From Octopus vulgaris (lineage: Eukaryota), in the NCBI GenBank assembly GCA_951406725.2, contig OX597839.1, positions 38,440,001 through 38,504,000 on the forward strand: DNA of 64,000 nt, given 5' to 3'. Under the pieces are notes generated by a model. That model did no database searches, had not been told where the DNA came from, and worked only from the letters and a program-made list of their open reading frames with translations. Below, piece by piece: positions 38,281 through 48,035 of this stretch (its first letter is position 1; every line of letters begins with the position of its first letter). Position numbers and translations under genes: made by a program.

Positions 38281-41200
38281 CATTATTATTTTTATTATTA
38301 TTATCATTATTATTATTATCATTATTATTTTTATTATTATTATTAAAATTATTATTATTATTATCATTATCATCATCATTATTATTATTATTTATCCTAT
38401 TTTCTGCAGGTAGCACTCGATTCCAAAAAACGGGTGTTCACTTGGGGTTTCGGTGGCTATGGACGATTAGGGCACTCGGAACCAAAGGACGAGTTTGTGC
38501 CACGGCACCTGAAATTCTTTGATGGACCAAACCGAGGTGCCGGCCAGATATTTTGCGGCTCAACATTTTGTCTTGCTGTCAATGAATTAGGTGAGTAATT
38601 TACCATTTTTCCAGTCACCCTACTTTGCTATACATTTGTTTCTCTCACTTTGCAACTGTGCAACTGTATGGTTCTGGGTTCAGTCCCACTCTGCAGCACC
38701 TTGGGGAAGTGTCTTCTATAACCCTAGGCTGCCCATATCTGTGTGCTTGTCTTGTGTTTGTCCCTCCCACTAGGCAACTGGTACTTCCATAACTAAGTGG
38801 TTCAACTAAAATCCTTCATAGCAGTGCCCCAGCATGGTCGCAGTCCAATGATTTAACCCTTTAGTGTTCAGATTATTCTATCAAACATAATGCTTATTGA
38901 TTCCCATTGATTTGAATTAATCATGCATTATCTCATATCTTTAAGATCTTGATGGTGTAATTACTTAATGTAGAATAACATTGTAGGGTAGGTGTGAGAG
39001 CCTGGATCTGGTCAGTTTGAACATAAAACAGATTAGCTATTTTTGCCGGATATGGCCGGTTTAAATACTAAAGGGTTAAAGTGGTCATATCCAGCCAAAT
39101 TATTCCATGTTTTATGCTCAAACTGGGCAGATCTGGCCTCTCACACCTATCTTACAATTTTCACCTGAAGAAGGCTGGAGGGGTATATCAGCTGAAACGT
39201 TAACAACAAACAAGATGAGGACAAATATCCGTCGAATGTAAAAATTGTTCCAATGTTCTGTTGCCCTAATGTACTCATGAGGCATTGGTTAACTTGAGGC
39301 TTTAGTTAAAGACAATCTTATTTCTTTATTGCCCACAAAGGGCTAAACATAGAGGGGACAAACAAGGACAGACAAAGGGATTAAGTCGATTAGATCGACC
39401 CCAGTGCGTAACTGGTACTTAATTTATCGACCCCGAAAGGATGAAAGGCAAAGTCGACCTTGGCGGAATTTGAACTCAGACCGTAGCGGCAGACGAAATA
39501 CGGCTACGCATTTCACCCGGTGTGCTAACGATTCTGCCAGCTCGCCGCCGTAAAAGACAATCTTGCTAACTGCCATGCTGTGGGATTGAACCTAAAACTA
39601 TGTAGTTGCAAAGTGAGCTTCTGAACCACACGACCCTTCTGGGGCCCAGAGTCTTGTTATATTTATTGTTTCTGAAACTGAATGCTCTTCTCTTTTGCTC
39701 CTTCTATCACTAAATCAGTCAATATTTATCTGGTCCTATTACATTCTGCACCCTTTTTTTTTTCTTTCTCACTTGTTTGCAGGTAGCCTGTATTTCTGGG
39801 GTCAGACAAAATCAACAGGTGAGGCCTCCATGTACCCGAAACTGGTTCAGGACTTATCAGGATGGAGAGTGAGAAGTGTTGGCTGCTGGTCAGTTTTCTT
39901 TTTTTTTTTTTTTTTCTTTTATGTTTGTGTATGTAATAGATTAGGGCCTGTGGTGGTTTTATTGTCTAGAGCAGGGGTTCTTACTTAACCAACCATTTTT
40001 TTTATCTATGACCCCCCTTCGATTACTACTTCATTCTGGTGGACCCCTTTAGCCATTTGATGTTTAAAAACCAGTTTTATAGAAACTGTTTTTAAAAACC
40101 CCTATTTTGTTTGTCACCCATTAACTTGTGTAGGTTGAAATCTGTAAAATGTTAGAGAAAGAAACCTAGCTGTTTCTTACAATGCATACCAATACATACA
40201 TCTAAAGTAGGGGTTCTCAACTGTTTCTTTGTCTATGGGTCCCTTATTCTGGTGGACCTCTATTGCCATTTGATGTTTAAAAACCAGTTTTATTAAAACT
40301 TCTTTCAAAATTCCTATTTTGCTTTCCACACATTAACCCTTTTGATACTGTATCTATTTTGAGATGCTCTGTGTTTCTTTCAATCAATTTTAAATATAAC
40401 AAAGAATTTAGTAAAGTAACTTAGTTATCATTAAGCTAGTGTTAGGAACATAAATTGTGACTAAGATTTGGTGGAAGATTTTAATTCAAAACTTATGAAA
40501 ACAAGACATTTGTACTACAGAGCCAGAGCCGGTTTCAGCCGGGTTGGTATCAAAAGGGTTAACTTGTGTTGGTTGAACAATGTAACTTAGAAAGATTTCT
40601 GCCTTGCATTGTTAGGTCCTGCCCATGTGGGCCAGCCATTTGGTTGACCCATTCATCACCTGCTCTCCCTTCTCATTACTACAGAACCAGGTTTTTTTAA
40701 TATACTGTGAATTGACTAATGCATTTGTCTCTCTCTCTCTCTCTCTCTCTTTTCTTCCCGTTTCCAGCAACAAGAGTATTGTCGTTGCTGCTGATGAAAG
40801 TGTTGTAAGCTGGGGACCAAGTCCTACATATGGAGAACTGGTATGTGTTAAAGTTATTAGTTGATTTGTTATCATATTTCGGTAGAAACCTAAATGGAGA
40901 TGAAATTTTTATAAAAGGCTTTTATTTAAAACTCTTTAGCAATGTAGCATTTAAACAGGCCGTATGTGGCCCAAATATTTACAACTGACCAGATTCAACC
41001 TCTCACAGTTGCTCTATGATATCATTCTAAAAATATACAAACACATCAATGAAATCTTGGGACTACAAGATTAATTTGTAATCAATTACTCTTTTACTCC
41101 TTTACTTGTTTCAATCATGTGACTGTAGTCATGCTGGAGCACCGCCTTTAGTCGAGCAAATCGACCCGAGGACTTATTCTTTGTAAGCCTAGTACTCATT

Positions 41201-42572
41201 CGAGCAAGTGTCTTCTACTATATCCTCGTGAGTGGATTTGGTAGATGGAAACTGAAAGAAGCCCGTCGTATATGTGTGTGTGTCTGTGTTTGTGTCCCCA
41301 CCATCGCTTGACAACGGATGTTGGTGTTCACATTCCCATAACTTAGCAGTTCAGCAAAAGAGACGATAGAATATGTACATGGCTTAGAAAGAATAAGTAC
41401 TGGGCTCGATTTGTTCGACTAAAGGCGGCGCTCCAGCATGGCCACAGTCAAATGACTGAAACACATAAAAGGTTGAAGTTTTGTAAATTAATTTTTGTCA
41501 TTGTTAAGAAGCTGGCGTTTGGAACTCAAAATCAACATGAAAGTTTGATTGAAGGTTTTAATTTAAAACATTTAAATCCGTTTCTTAACCACATTTTTGA
41601 TGAAAAACACTTCTCTTCAATTAATTTTTGTAATTATCGAAAAATGAAGCAAAATAATTTTAAGTAGGTGTGTAACAAATAAGGAGGAAATTCTGATGAG
41701 AGACTCTAATTTAAATCATTTCAGCACTTTTTGTTTGCCTAGAATCATAATAAAAGATATTTTCCCAAGGTGCCAGCCTCGCCTCGACTGGCTTCTGTGC
41801 CGGTGGCACATAAAAAGCACCATCCGAACGTGGCCGATGCCAGCACCGCCTCAACTGGCTTCTGTGCCGATGGCACATAAAAAGCACCATCCGAACATGG
41901 CTGATGCCAGCACCGCCTCGACTGGCTTCTGTGCCGGTGGCACATAAAAAGCACCAACCGATCGTGACCGATGCCAGACCCCTCTGGCACCTGTGCAGGT
42001 GGCACGTAAAAAGCACCCACTACACTCGCGGAGTGGTTGGCGTTAGGAAGGGCATCCAGCTGTAGAAACACTGCCAGATCAGACTGCAGCTTGGTGCAGC
42101 CCCTGGCTTCCCAGACCCTGGCTTCCCAGACCCTGGTCGAACCGTCCAACCCGTGCTAGCGCGGAAAACGGACGTTAAACGATGATGATGATGTGCTGTG
42201 CAGTGGGATTGAACATGAAATTATATGATTGCAAAACAAGCTTCTTAACCACGCAGCCATGCCCATGCATCTGTTCCTCTCTCTTTTCCTCCTTCCTGTC
42301 TCTGTGTCTGTCTATCATTTCTCCTCCTCCTCCTATTCTATCTTTCATTGCTCATCGGAGGTTTTATTTATTTTTTTTTTTCTTTTGAATATTTTCAGGG
42401 TTATGGAGAGAACAAGCCTCACTCCTCTACAGTGCCGCAGGAGGTTAAGACTCTGGACGGCATCTACATCCACGGCGTTGCCTGCGGCTATGGCCACTCC
42501 CTCTACCTGGCACGGGCGGACACCGAAGCCAACAGACAGAAACTGGAACGATTGCCAGTCTTCTCACCATAA
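28057..42572 (+). CDS. RCC2: RCC2 (TD-60, RCC1-like beta-propeller) gene span: 11 coding exons, 1407 nt CDS, 468 aa
   Basis: The spliced translation follows vertebrate RCC2 throughout (KLEGS..GGTNW..GR, NLWGPHR..L.GVRVRTVVSG, WGRNEKGQLGHGD, VACGAEFSMI.D..GNLYSFGCPE.GQLG, IEKT.DG.I.PV, WGFGGYGRLGH, MYPK.VQDL.GWR, AADES..SWGPSPT.GELGYG, QEVKTLDGI). All 10 introns are GT-AG and phases join without frameshift. Recognised from remembered sequence; no database search run. Confidence 0.97.
28583..28660 (-). ncRNA. Type I hammerhead ribozyme motif with long stem II
   Basis: GCGG-CTGAAGA-aGGCCaTAGAC...GTCTAataaaGGCCc-GAAAC-atat-GTA|CCGC on the minus strand. Confidence 0.7.
28893..28925 (+). ncRNA. 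Minimal type I hammerhead ribozyme motif
   Basis: GCGG-CTGAAGA-aggccc-GAAAC-atat-GTA|CCGC: stem I GCGG/CCGC, intact core, palindromic stem III ACATATGT, GUA cleavage triplet. Confidence 0.65.
29211..29700 (+). mobile_element. SINE family A with duplicated 3' end (RCC2 intron 1)
   Basis: GGCGCAGGAGTGGCTGTGTGG head; the last ~95 nt are repeated in tandem. Confidence 0.85.
30023..30113 (+). CDS. RCC2: RCC2 coding exon 2 (KLEGSLVNGEVLFAGGTNWCMVGRSHLPKG)
   Basis: AG at 30021-22, donor GTCAGT, phase 0-1. Matches RCC2 KLEGS..G.TNW..IGR. Confidence 0.93.
30722..30862 (+). CDS. RCC2: RCC2 coding exon 3 (VKNGGGHNLWGPHR...GQVMTWG)
   Basis: cacAG acceptor, GTGAGT donor, phase 1-1. Confidence 0.96.
31345..31712 (-). 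mobile_element. SINE family B dimer inserted in a family D SINE (RCC2 intron 3)
   Basis: Same junction as the 8191-8785 multimer. Confidence 0.8.
31905..32588 (-). mobile_element. SINE family A split by a family E insertion (32135-32410)
   Basis: The two halves flank the family E element, which sits in the internal microsatellite. Confidence 0.85.
32718..32849 (+). CDS. RCC2: RCC2 coding exon 4 (RNEKGQLGHGD...ACGKNHTLFLT)
   Basis: ttAG acceptor, GTGAGT donor, phase 1-1. RCC1 repeat signature. Confidence 0.96.
32868..33220 (-). mobile_element. SINE family A (RCC2 intron 4)
   Basis: Homology to other copies. Confidence 0.85.
33850..33938 (+). CDS. RCC2: RCC2 coding exon 5 (ERGKVYGCGDNKMSQLGIGHQSPCVPTPVR)
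   Basis: Poly-T ctAG acceptor, GTGAGT donor, phase 1-0. Confidence 0.95.
34412..34631. mobile_element. piggyBac-like MITE (family 1)
   Basis: TTAA flanks and homologous body. Another interrupted copy at about 33283-33690. Confidence 0.7.
34658..34886 (+). mobile_element. SINE family B (RCC2 intron 5)
   Basis: Full length, TSD AGTAGTTC. Confidence 0.85.
34994..35108 (+). CDS. RCC2: RCC2 coding exon 6 (IHYKGPPVRKVACGAEFSM...PEHGQL)
   Basis: tacAG acceptor, GTAAGT donor, phase 0-1. Confidence 0.96.
35402..35705 (+). mobile_element. SINE family B with partial second unit (RCC2 intron 6)
   Basis: GGCGGCGAGCTGGCAGAA head; the tail rejoins the body at GTATTTCGTCTG. Confidence 0.85.
35945..36111 (+). 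CDS. RCC2: RCC2 coding exon 7 (GNNSDGKYF...SCGLNHT)
   Basis: aacAG acceptor, GTAAGG donor, phase 1-0. Confidence 0.96.
36172..36382. mobile_element. piggyBac-like MITE (family 1)
   Basis: TTAA|CCCTTTAG...CTAAAGGG|TTAA ends. Confidence 0.8.
36737..37165 (+). mobile_element. SINE family A (RCC2 intron 7)
   Basis: Full-length copy. Confidence 0.85.
37728..38248 (-). mobile_element. ~520-bp non-coding interspersed element embedded in (TAA)n
   Basis: Flanked on both sides by (ATT)n. A closely similar partial second copy at 63231-63598 also abuts (ATT)n. Strand is assumed from a (TAA)n tail. Confidence 0.75.
38410..38590 (+). CDS. RCC2: RCC2 coding exon 8 (VALDSKKRVFTWGFGGYGRLGH...AVNEL)
   Basis: tgcAG acceptor, GTGAGT donor, phase 0-1. 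Confidence 0.96.
38857..39075. mobile_element. piggyBac-like MITE (family 1)
   Basis: TTAA TSD, CCCTTTAG TIRs, homologous to 36172-36382. Confidence 0.8.
39320..39550 (-). mobile_element. Young SINE family B (RCC2 intron 8)
   Basis: Full length, TSD AAAGACAATCTT at 39308-39319 and 39553-39564. Confidence 0.9.
39783..39888 (+). CDS. RCC2: RCC2 coding exon 9 (GSLYFWGQTKSTGEASMYPKLVQDLSGWRVRSVGC)
   Basis: tgcAG acceptor, GTCAGT donor, phase 1-2. Confidence 0.95.
40337..40558. mobile_element. piggyBac-like MITE (family 2) nested in a hAT MITE
   Basis: TTAA|CCCTTTTGATAC...GTATCAAAAGGG|TTAA. The host hAT sequence resumes after it (compare 40117-40140). Confidence 0.8.
40768..40840 (+). CDS. RCC2: RCC2 coding exon 10 (CNKSIVVAADESVVSWGPSPTYGEL)
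   Basis: tccAG acceptor after a (CT)n tract, GTATGT donor, phase 2-0. Confidence 0.95.
41770..42193 (+). mobile_element. Family E repeat (4 units), RCC2 intron 10
   Basis: Same structure as 13711-14213. Confidence 0.8.
42399..42572 (+). CDS. RCC2: RCC2 terminal coding exon 11 (GYGENKPHSST...LERLPVFSP*)
   Basis: ttcAG acceptor, TAA stop at 42570-72. Matches the RCC2 C-terminus (GYG..KP.SST..QEVKTLDGI). Confidence 0.96.
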   Translation, partial: GYGENKPHSSTVPQEVKTLDGIYIHGVACGYGHSLYLARADTEANRQKLERLPVFSP

Positions 42573-42844
42573 ATATCACCAAACCCCACTCGGGCCCACT
42601 TTCTCTTCTTGCTCCTCCACTTAACCCCTCCTCCTCCTCTCCAATTTTCATTATTCCCCTCCCACCCCTCCCCATGTCCTCACTCTATCTCCTCCTCTTC
42701 TATTTCCTCTTCACGCCATATAATTCCATTTTGCCTTCCATTTATCCAAAGTCAGTTATTTTCATCTGTTCCATTCATCTTATCCTTTTTTTTTCATTCA
42801 TTTTATTACTATTATTATTATTATTATTATTATTATCATACTTG

Positions 42845-43070
42845 ACGGCAAGGTGGCAGAATCATAACCACGCTGGACTAAATGCTTAGTTGCATTTCAT
42901 CAGGCTTTACGTTCTGAGTTCAAATTCCGCCAGGGTCGACTTTGCCTTTCATCCTTTCAGGGCCAATAAAACAAGTACCAGTTGTGCACTGGGGTTGATG
43001 TAATCGACCGATCCACTCCTACAAAATTTCCAGCCTAGAGTCATGTCTATAATACAAAGAAAGAATTTTA

Positions 43071-43116
<46 letters not shown>

Positions 43117-45387
43117 GGCGGCGAGCTGGCAGAATCGTTAGCACACCGGACAAAATACTTGGAAGCATCTCACCCGTCTTTACGTTCTGGGTTCAAATTC
43201 CACCAAGGTCGACTTTGCCTTTCATCCTTTCACGGGTTCATAAAATAAGTACCAGTTGAACACTGGGGTCGATGTATTCACCTTACCCCCTCTCCCAAAA
43301 TGTCAGGCCTTGTGCCTTTAGTAGAAAGGATCATTATTATTTTTATCAGTAATGATATTTTCTGAATTCAAAACCTGCTGGGGATGCGAGGGGGGTTCAG
43401 TAAAATAAAGTACCAGTTACATACTGGGGTTGGCATTGTGATCGGCTAATCTCCACCTCCCGCTGCTCTTCAACATTTGCTGGCCTTGTGCCTAAATGAG
43501 AAACCATTATAACCATCATCATCACCATCATCAGACTTTTACCAATTGCATCTATCTGCCACTCTGATGGTGATGCTGGTGGTGATGATGATACTGTTTA
43601 TGAATCCTTGTGACAAATAAAAGACATAATTGTTATTAGTATTATGACATTATTATTACTATTACTGTTAATAATCATCTTCATCAACAGATTGCTAGAG
43701 TCGGTAGAGCATCAAAAATATACACCCAATGAGAGTATACATAAACCTAAGATTTTTTTTTTTTTTTTTTTTTTTGGTTATATTTTCATTCCTTTGCTTG
43801 GAGCGTGAATGGAAGGGATACCATAATGTACCAGTCCTTCATTTAACCCTTGATTGGTGTGTGGGGGCCAGTAGATCAAGATTTTTAACCCCTTCCTTGC
43901 ACCTGTACCAAATCTGTGGCCTTGAGTCATCATTGTCATTGTTCTTATTAATGTGGCACTGAGCTGGCAGGATTGTTAGTGAACCAGACAAAATTCTTAG
44001 AAGCATTTCGTCCATTCTTTACATTTGACAGATGTTTGTCCTCATCTTGTGTGTTGTTAACACGTTTCGGCTGATATACCCTCCAGCCTTCATCAAGATG
44101 TGAAATATCCGTCAAATGTAAATAATGTGCATAATTCCTCATCTCTTCAATATACAACATTTCGTTTGTCTTTACATTCTGAGTTCAAATTCTGCCGAGG
44201 TCAGCTTGGCCTTTCATCCTTTCGGGGTTGATGAAATATTTACCAGTTGAGTACTGGGGTCGATGTAATCGACTGTTCCCCTCCCCCAAAATTCCAAGCT
44301 ATGTGCCTACAGGGAAAGTGCATAAGAAGACAGTGACCTGGTAAGAATTGTTAACATGTTGGGCAAAATTGCTTGGTAGTGTTTCATCCAGAATTTACAT
44401 TCTGAGTTCAAATTCCAGCAAGGTTGACTTAACTTTTCATCCTTTGAGGATCAGTGAAATAAATACCAGTGGAACACTAGGGTTCATGCCACTGACTAAC
44501 CCCCGCCCTACAGATTTCAGGCTTTGTGCCTAATATATAGAAAAGATAATTATCAAGGCAGAGTCGTTAAGCATGCCAGACAAAATGCTTTGTAGCATTT
44601 CTCTCAGCTCTTTGCCTTTCGTCCTTCCAGGATTGATATAACGAGGTACCAGTCGACTACTGGGGTTGATGGTAATCAACAGACCCCTCCCTCAAAACTG
44701 CTGGTCTGATAGGAAAGTTTGAAACCATTATGAAATCATTATATAAAGTGCCTAGTGGGTAGAATTGTTAGTGTGTCAGAGGAAATGCTTTGCACCATTT
44801 CTTTTAGTTTCTTGTGTTCTGGGTTCAAATACTGCTGAGGCCAGTTTTGTTTTTCATCCTTTCAGGGTTGATGAAATAAAAGCACCAGTTGAGCCCCAGG
44901 GTCAATGTACTCAGCTTGCCCCCTATCCTTCTAAAGCTACAGGGCTTCTGCCAAAATTTGAAACCATTATTGTTAGCAGTCCAGGCAAAATGCTTTGCGG
45001 CATTTCTGCTGTCTTTATGTTCTGAGTTCAAATTCCGCCAAGGTTGACCTTGGCTTTCATCCTTCTGGGGTCGATAAATTAAGTACCAATGAAACACTGG
45101 GGTTGATATAATCAGCTTTTCCCCTCTCACCATAAATGGCTGTCCTTGCAGCAGAATTTGAATCATTATTATTGTCATCATTATAATTATTGTTAGTGTT
45201 GTTGTGGTGAACTGGCAGAATTGCTAGCACATTAGGCAAAGTGTTTTGCAACATTCATCCATCTTTGTTCCGAGTTCAAATTCCGCCGGGGTTGATAAAA
45301 TTAAGTACCAGTTACACACTGGGGTTGATTGAATTGACTTGCACTCCCACCCCAAAAAATGGGTGCCCTTGTGGCAAAATTTGAAAC

Positions 45388-45421
<34 letters not shown>

Positions 45422-45620
45422 GTGGTGAGCTAGCAGGATTGTTAGCACGCTGGGCAAAATGCTCAGCGGTATTTTGGCTGTCTTTATATTCTGAGTTCAA
45501 ATTCTGCCATGGTCGACTTTGCCTTTCATCCTCTCGGGGTCAATATAATTGACAAGTCTGTCTCTTCTCCCACTCACCTCAGATTTCAGGCCTTGTACCT
45601 ACAGTGGAAAGGATTATTAT
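42845..45620 (+). mobile_element. Cluster of about 10 head-to-tail SINE family B copies, many separated by (ATT)n
   Basis: Repeated GGCAGAAT.GTTAG head and GCCTTTCATCCTTTC core, all on the + strand. Confidence 0.85.
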
Positions 45621-47668
45621 CAGGGTTTAGTTTGTGTTTATGTATAAATATGACGGGGGTGGGGTGATCAATTTATCTTCACCCGCTTAATTTACTGGTC
45701 TTGTGCCAAAATTTGAAACCTGTATTTGGTTTCTTTTTTTTTTTTTTTTTGCCTTAGGGGAAAATTACAAATTGGGGTTTGTAAAATGGGAGCGGTTTTT
45801 ATATTCGTATCTTGGAAAATAAGGGGTATGGGAACAAAAAAAATCCAAACAAAAATTAGAAATAATCCCAAATAAATGGGGTGGGGTGAAGGGTACACGG
45901 GTCAAAGATAACTCTGACCCCTTACCTATAATAGGAAGGTGCCTAGAAACATGGGCAGGAAATTGCCAGAGGGTGTGGTCAGGGGTGGATTAGATAGTTC
46001 ACTGTTGACTGATTTTTGTTACTTATTTACCAGTAATGTAATGGGGCCCATTTCTTTATTGGAATTTTTATCAGGTTTTTATTTCTTATTTAAAGAAATC
46101 ATCATTGATGTCATCAAAATATATATTTTTAAAAAATTTTTTACCTTTATAATTGTGCCTGGTATGGGAGCGTGTAAGTAATGGGTGTGTTACCTAGCTT
46201 AGTACCCTGCAACCATTTTCACTTGTGGTACTCTTATATTCTTTTCAAACTTTAACGGCACACCTGAACTAAAATTGTAACTAGAAGTCATCATCATCAT
46301 CATCTCGTTTAACATCCGCTTTCCATGCTAGCATGGGTTGGTCGATTTGACTGAGGACTGGCGAACCAGATGGCTACACCGGGCTCCAATCTTGATCTGG
46401 CAGAGTTTCTACAGCTGGATGCCCTTCCTAACGCCAACCATAGTGAAAAAATTAGATTCAGGTTACACTGTGGTACACTTGGCATTGTCTGGTGGCATTC
46501 GTGTGCCAACTAGTTTCCAAGCAGACTGGGACGTTCCGAGTTATGTGCCTTGTTTTTCAGGGACTCGTCTGGCACCTGTGTCGGTGGCACATAAAAAAAC
46601 ACCATCCGAGCGTGGCCGTTTGCCAGCCTCGTCTGGCACCTGTGTCGGTGGCACATAAAATCACCCACTACACTCTCGGAGTGGTTGGCGTTAGGAAGGG
46701 CATCCAGCTGTAGAAACACTGCCAGATCTGACTGGACTGGTGCAGCTTTCGGGCTCCCCAGACCCCAGTTGAACCGTCCAACCCATGCTAGCATGGAAAG
46801 CGGACATTAAATGAAAATGATGAATTGGTAAGGATTGGGTTTGTATTTCATTGCTGCTCCACCACTGGATTGTGCAGTATGAATAGACCCCATCTTGTCA
46901 GCCAGGTGAACTGGGTTCAATCCATGTGCCTTGCTCTGGACCCACTGACACTGGATGATGTGAGGTTTGATCTCGTTATGTTGTAACTTTTTACCTCAAT
47001 ACTAATAATAATAATGACTCGGAAGTTTGGTACAAAATCAGCAAATTTTGATGGGAAGGGTGTTCAATTATTTCCCTAATATTTAACTGGTACTTTATTT
47101 TATCCTCCTCAACGGGATCTATACCAAAGTTTGCCTTGGCAAGATTTGATCTTGGAATGTACAGAACAAATACCATCAGACATTATTCATCATCATCATC
47201 ATTTAACGTCCGTTCTCCATGCTAGCACGGGTTGGACGGTTCGACCGGGGATCTGGGAAGCCAGAAGGCTGCACCAGGCTCCAGTCTTATCTGGCAATGT
47301 TTCTACAGCTGGATGCCCTTCCTAACGCCAACCACTCTGTGTGTGTAGTGGGTGCTTTTTATGTGCCAGGCGCAAGACCTGAAATTTTGGCAGAGACTGG
47401 TCTGTGCCTTCAAACTCAGTACATTTATCTTCATTATCACAGGTTCTGGTTTCAGAACCACACTGATTAATGAGTCGTCCCCGTGCTCGTTGTAAATGGA
47501 ACAAATGCTAGATTCGCAGACATCAGACTTAGAGCGGCAAAGTTCCACTGTGATTTTTTTTTTTTTTGGATCATCTAACCTTTTTTCCTGTAGAGAATTC
47601 ACTCGTCTACATTGTTCATTAGGATCAGACGCCTATCATTGTGAAATAAATGCTAGATTCACAGACAT

Positions 47669-48035
47669 AGGCGCAGGAGTAGCTGTGTGGTAAGTAGCTT
47701 GTTTACCAACCACATGGTTCCGGGTTCAGTCCCACTGCTTGGCACCTTGGGCAAGTGCCTTCTGCTATAGCCCCGGGCCGACCAAAGCCTTGTGAGTGGA
47801 TTTGGTAGGCGGAAACTGAAAGAAGACTGTCGTATATATGTGTTTGTCCCCCTAGCATTGCTTGACAACCGATGCTGGTGTGTTTATGTCTCCGTTACTT
47901 AGCAGTTTGGCAAAAGAGACCGATAGAATAAGTACTGGGCTTAGAAAAGAATAAGTCCCGGGGTCGATTTGCTCGATTAAAGGCGGTACTCCAGCATGGC
48001 CGCAGTCAAATGACTGAAACAAGTAAAAGAGAGAG
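47669..48035 (+). mobile_element. SINE family A
   Basis: Full-length copy. Confidence 0.85.

Noticed and set aside
38197-38416. Poly-Ile / poly-Asn ORFs (also 63020-63386)
   Set aside because: Translations of (ATT)n microsatellite.
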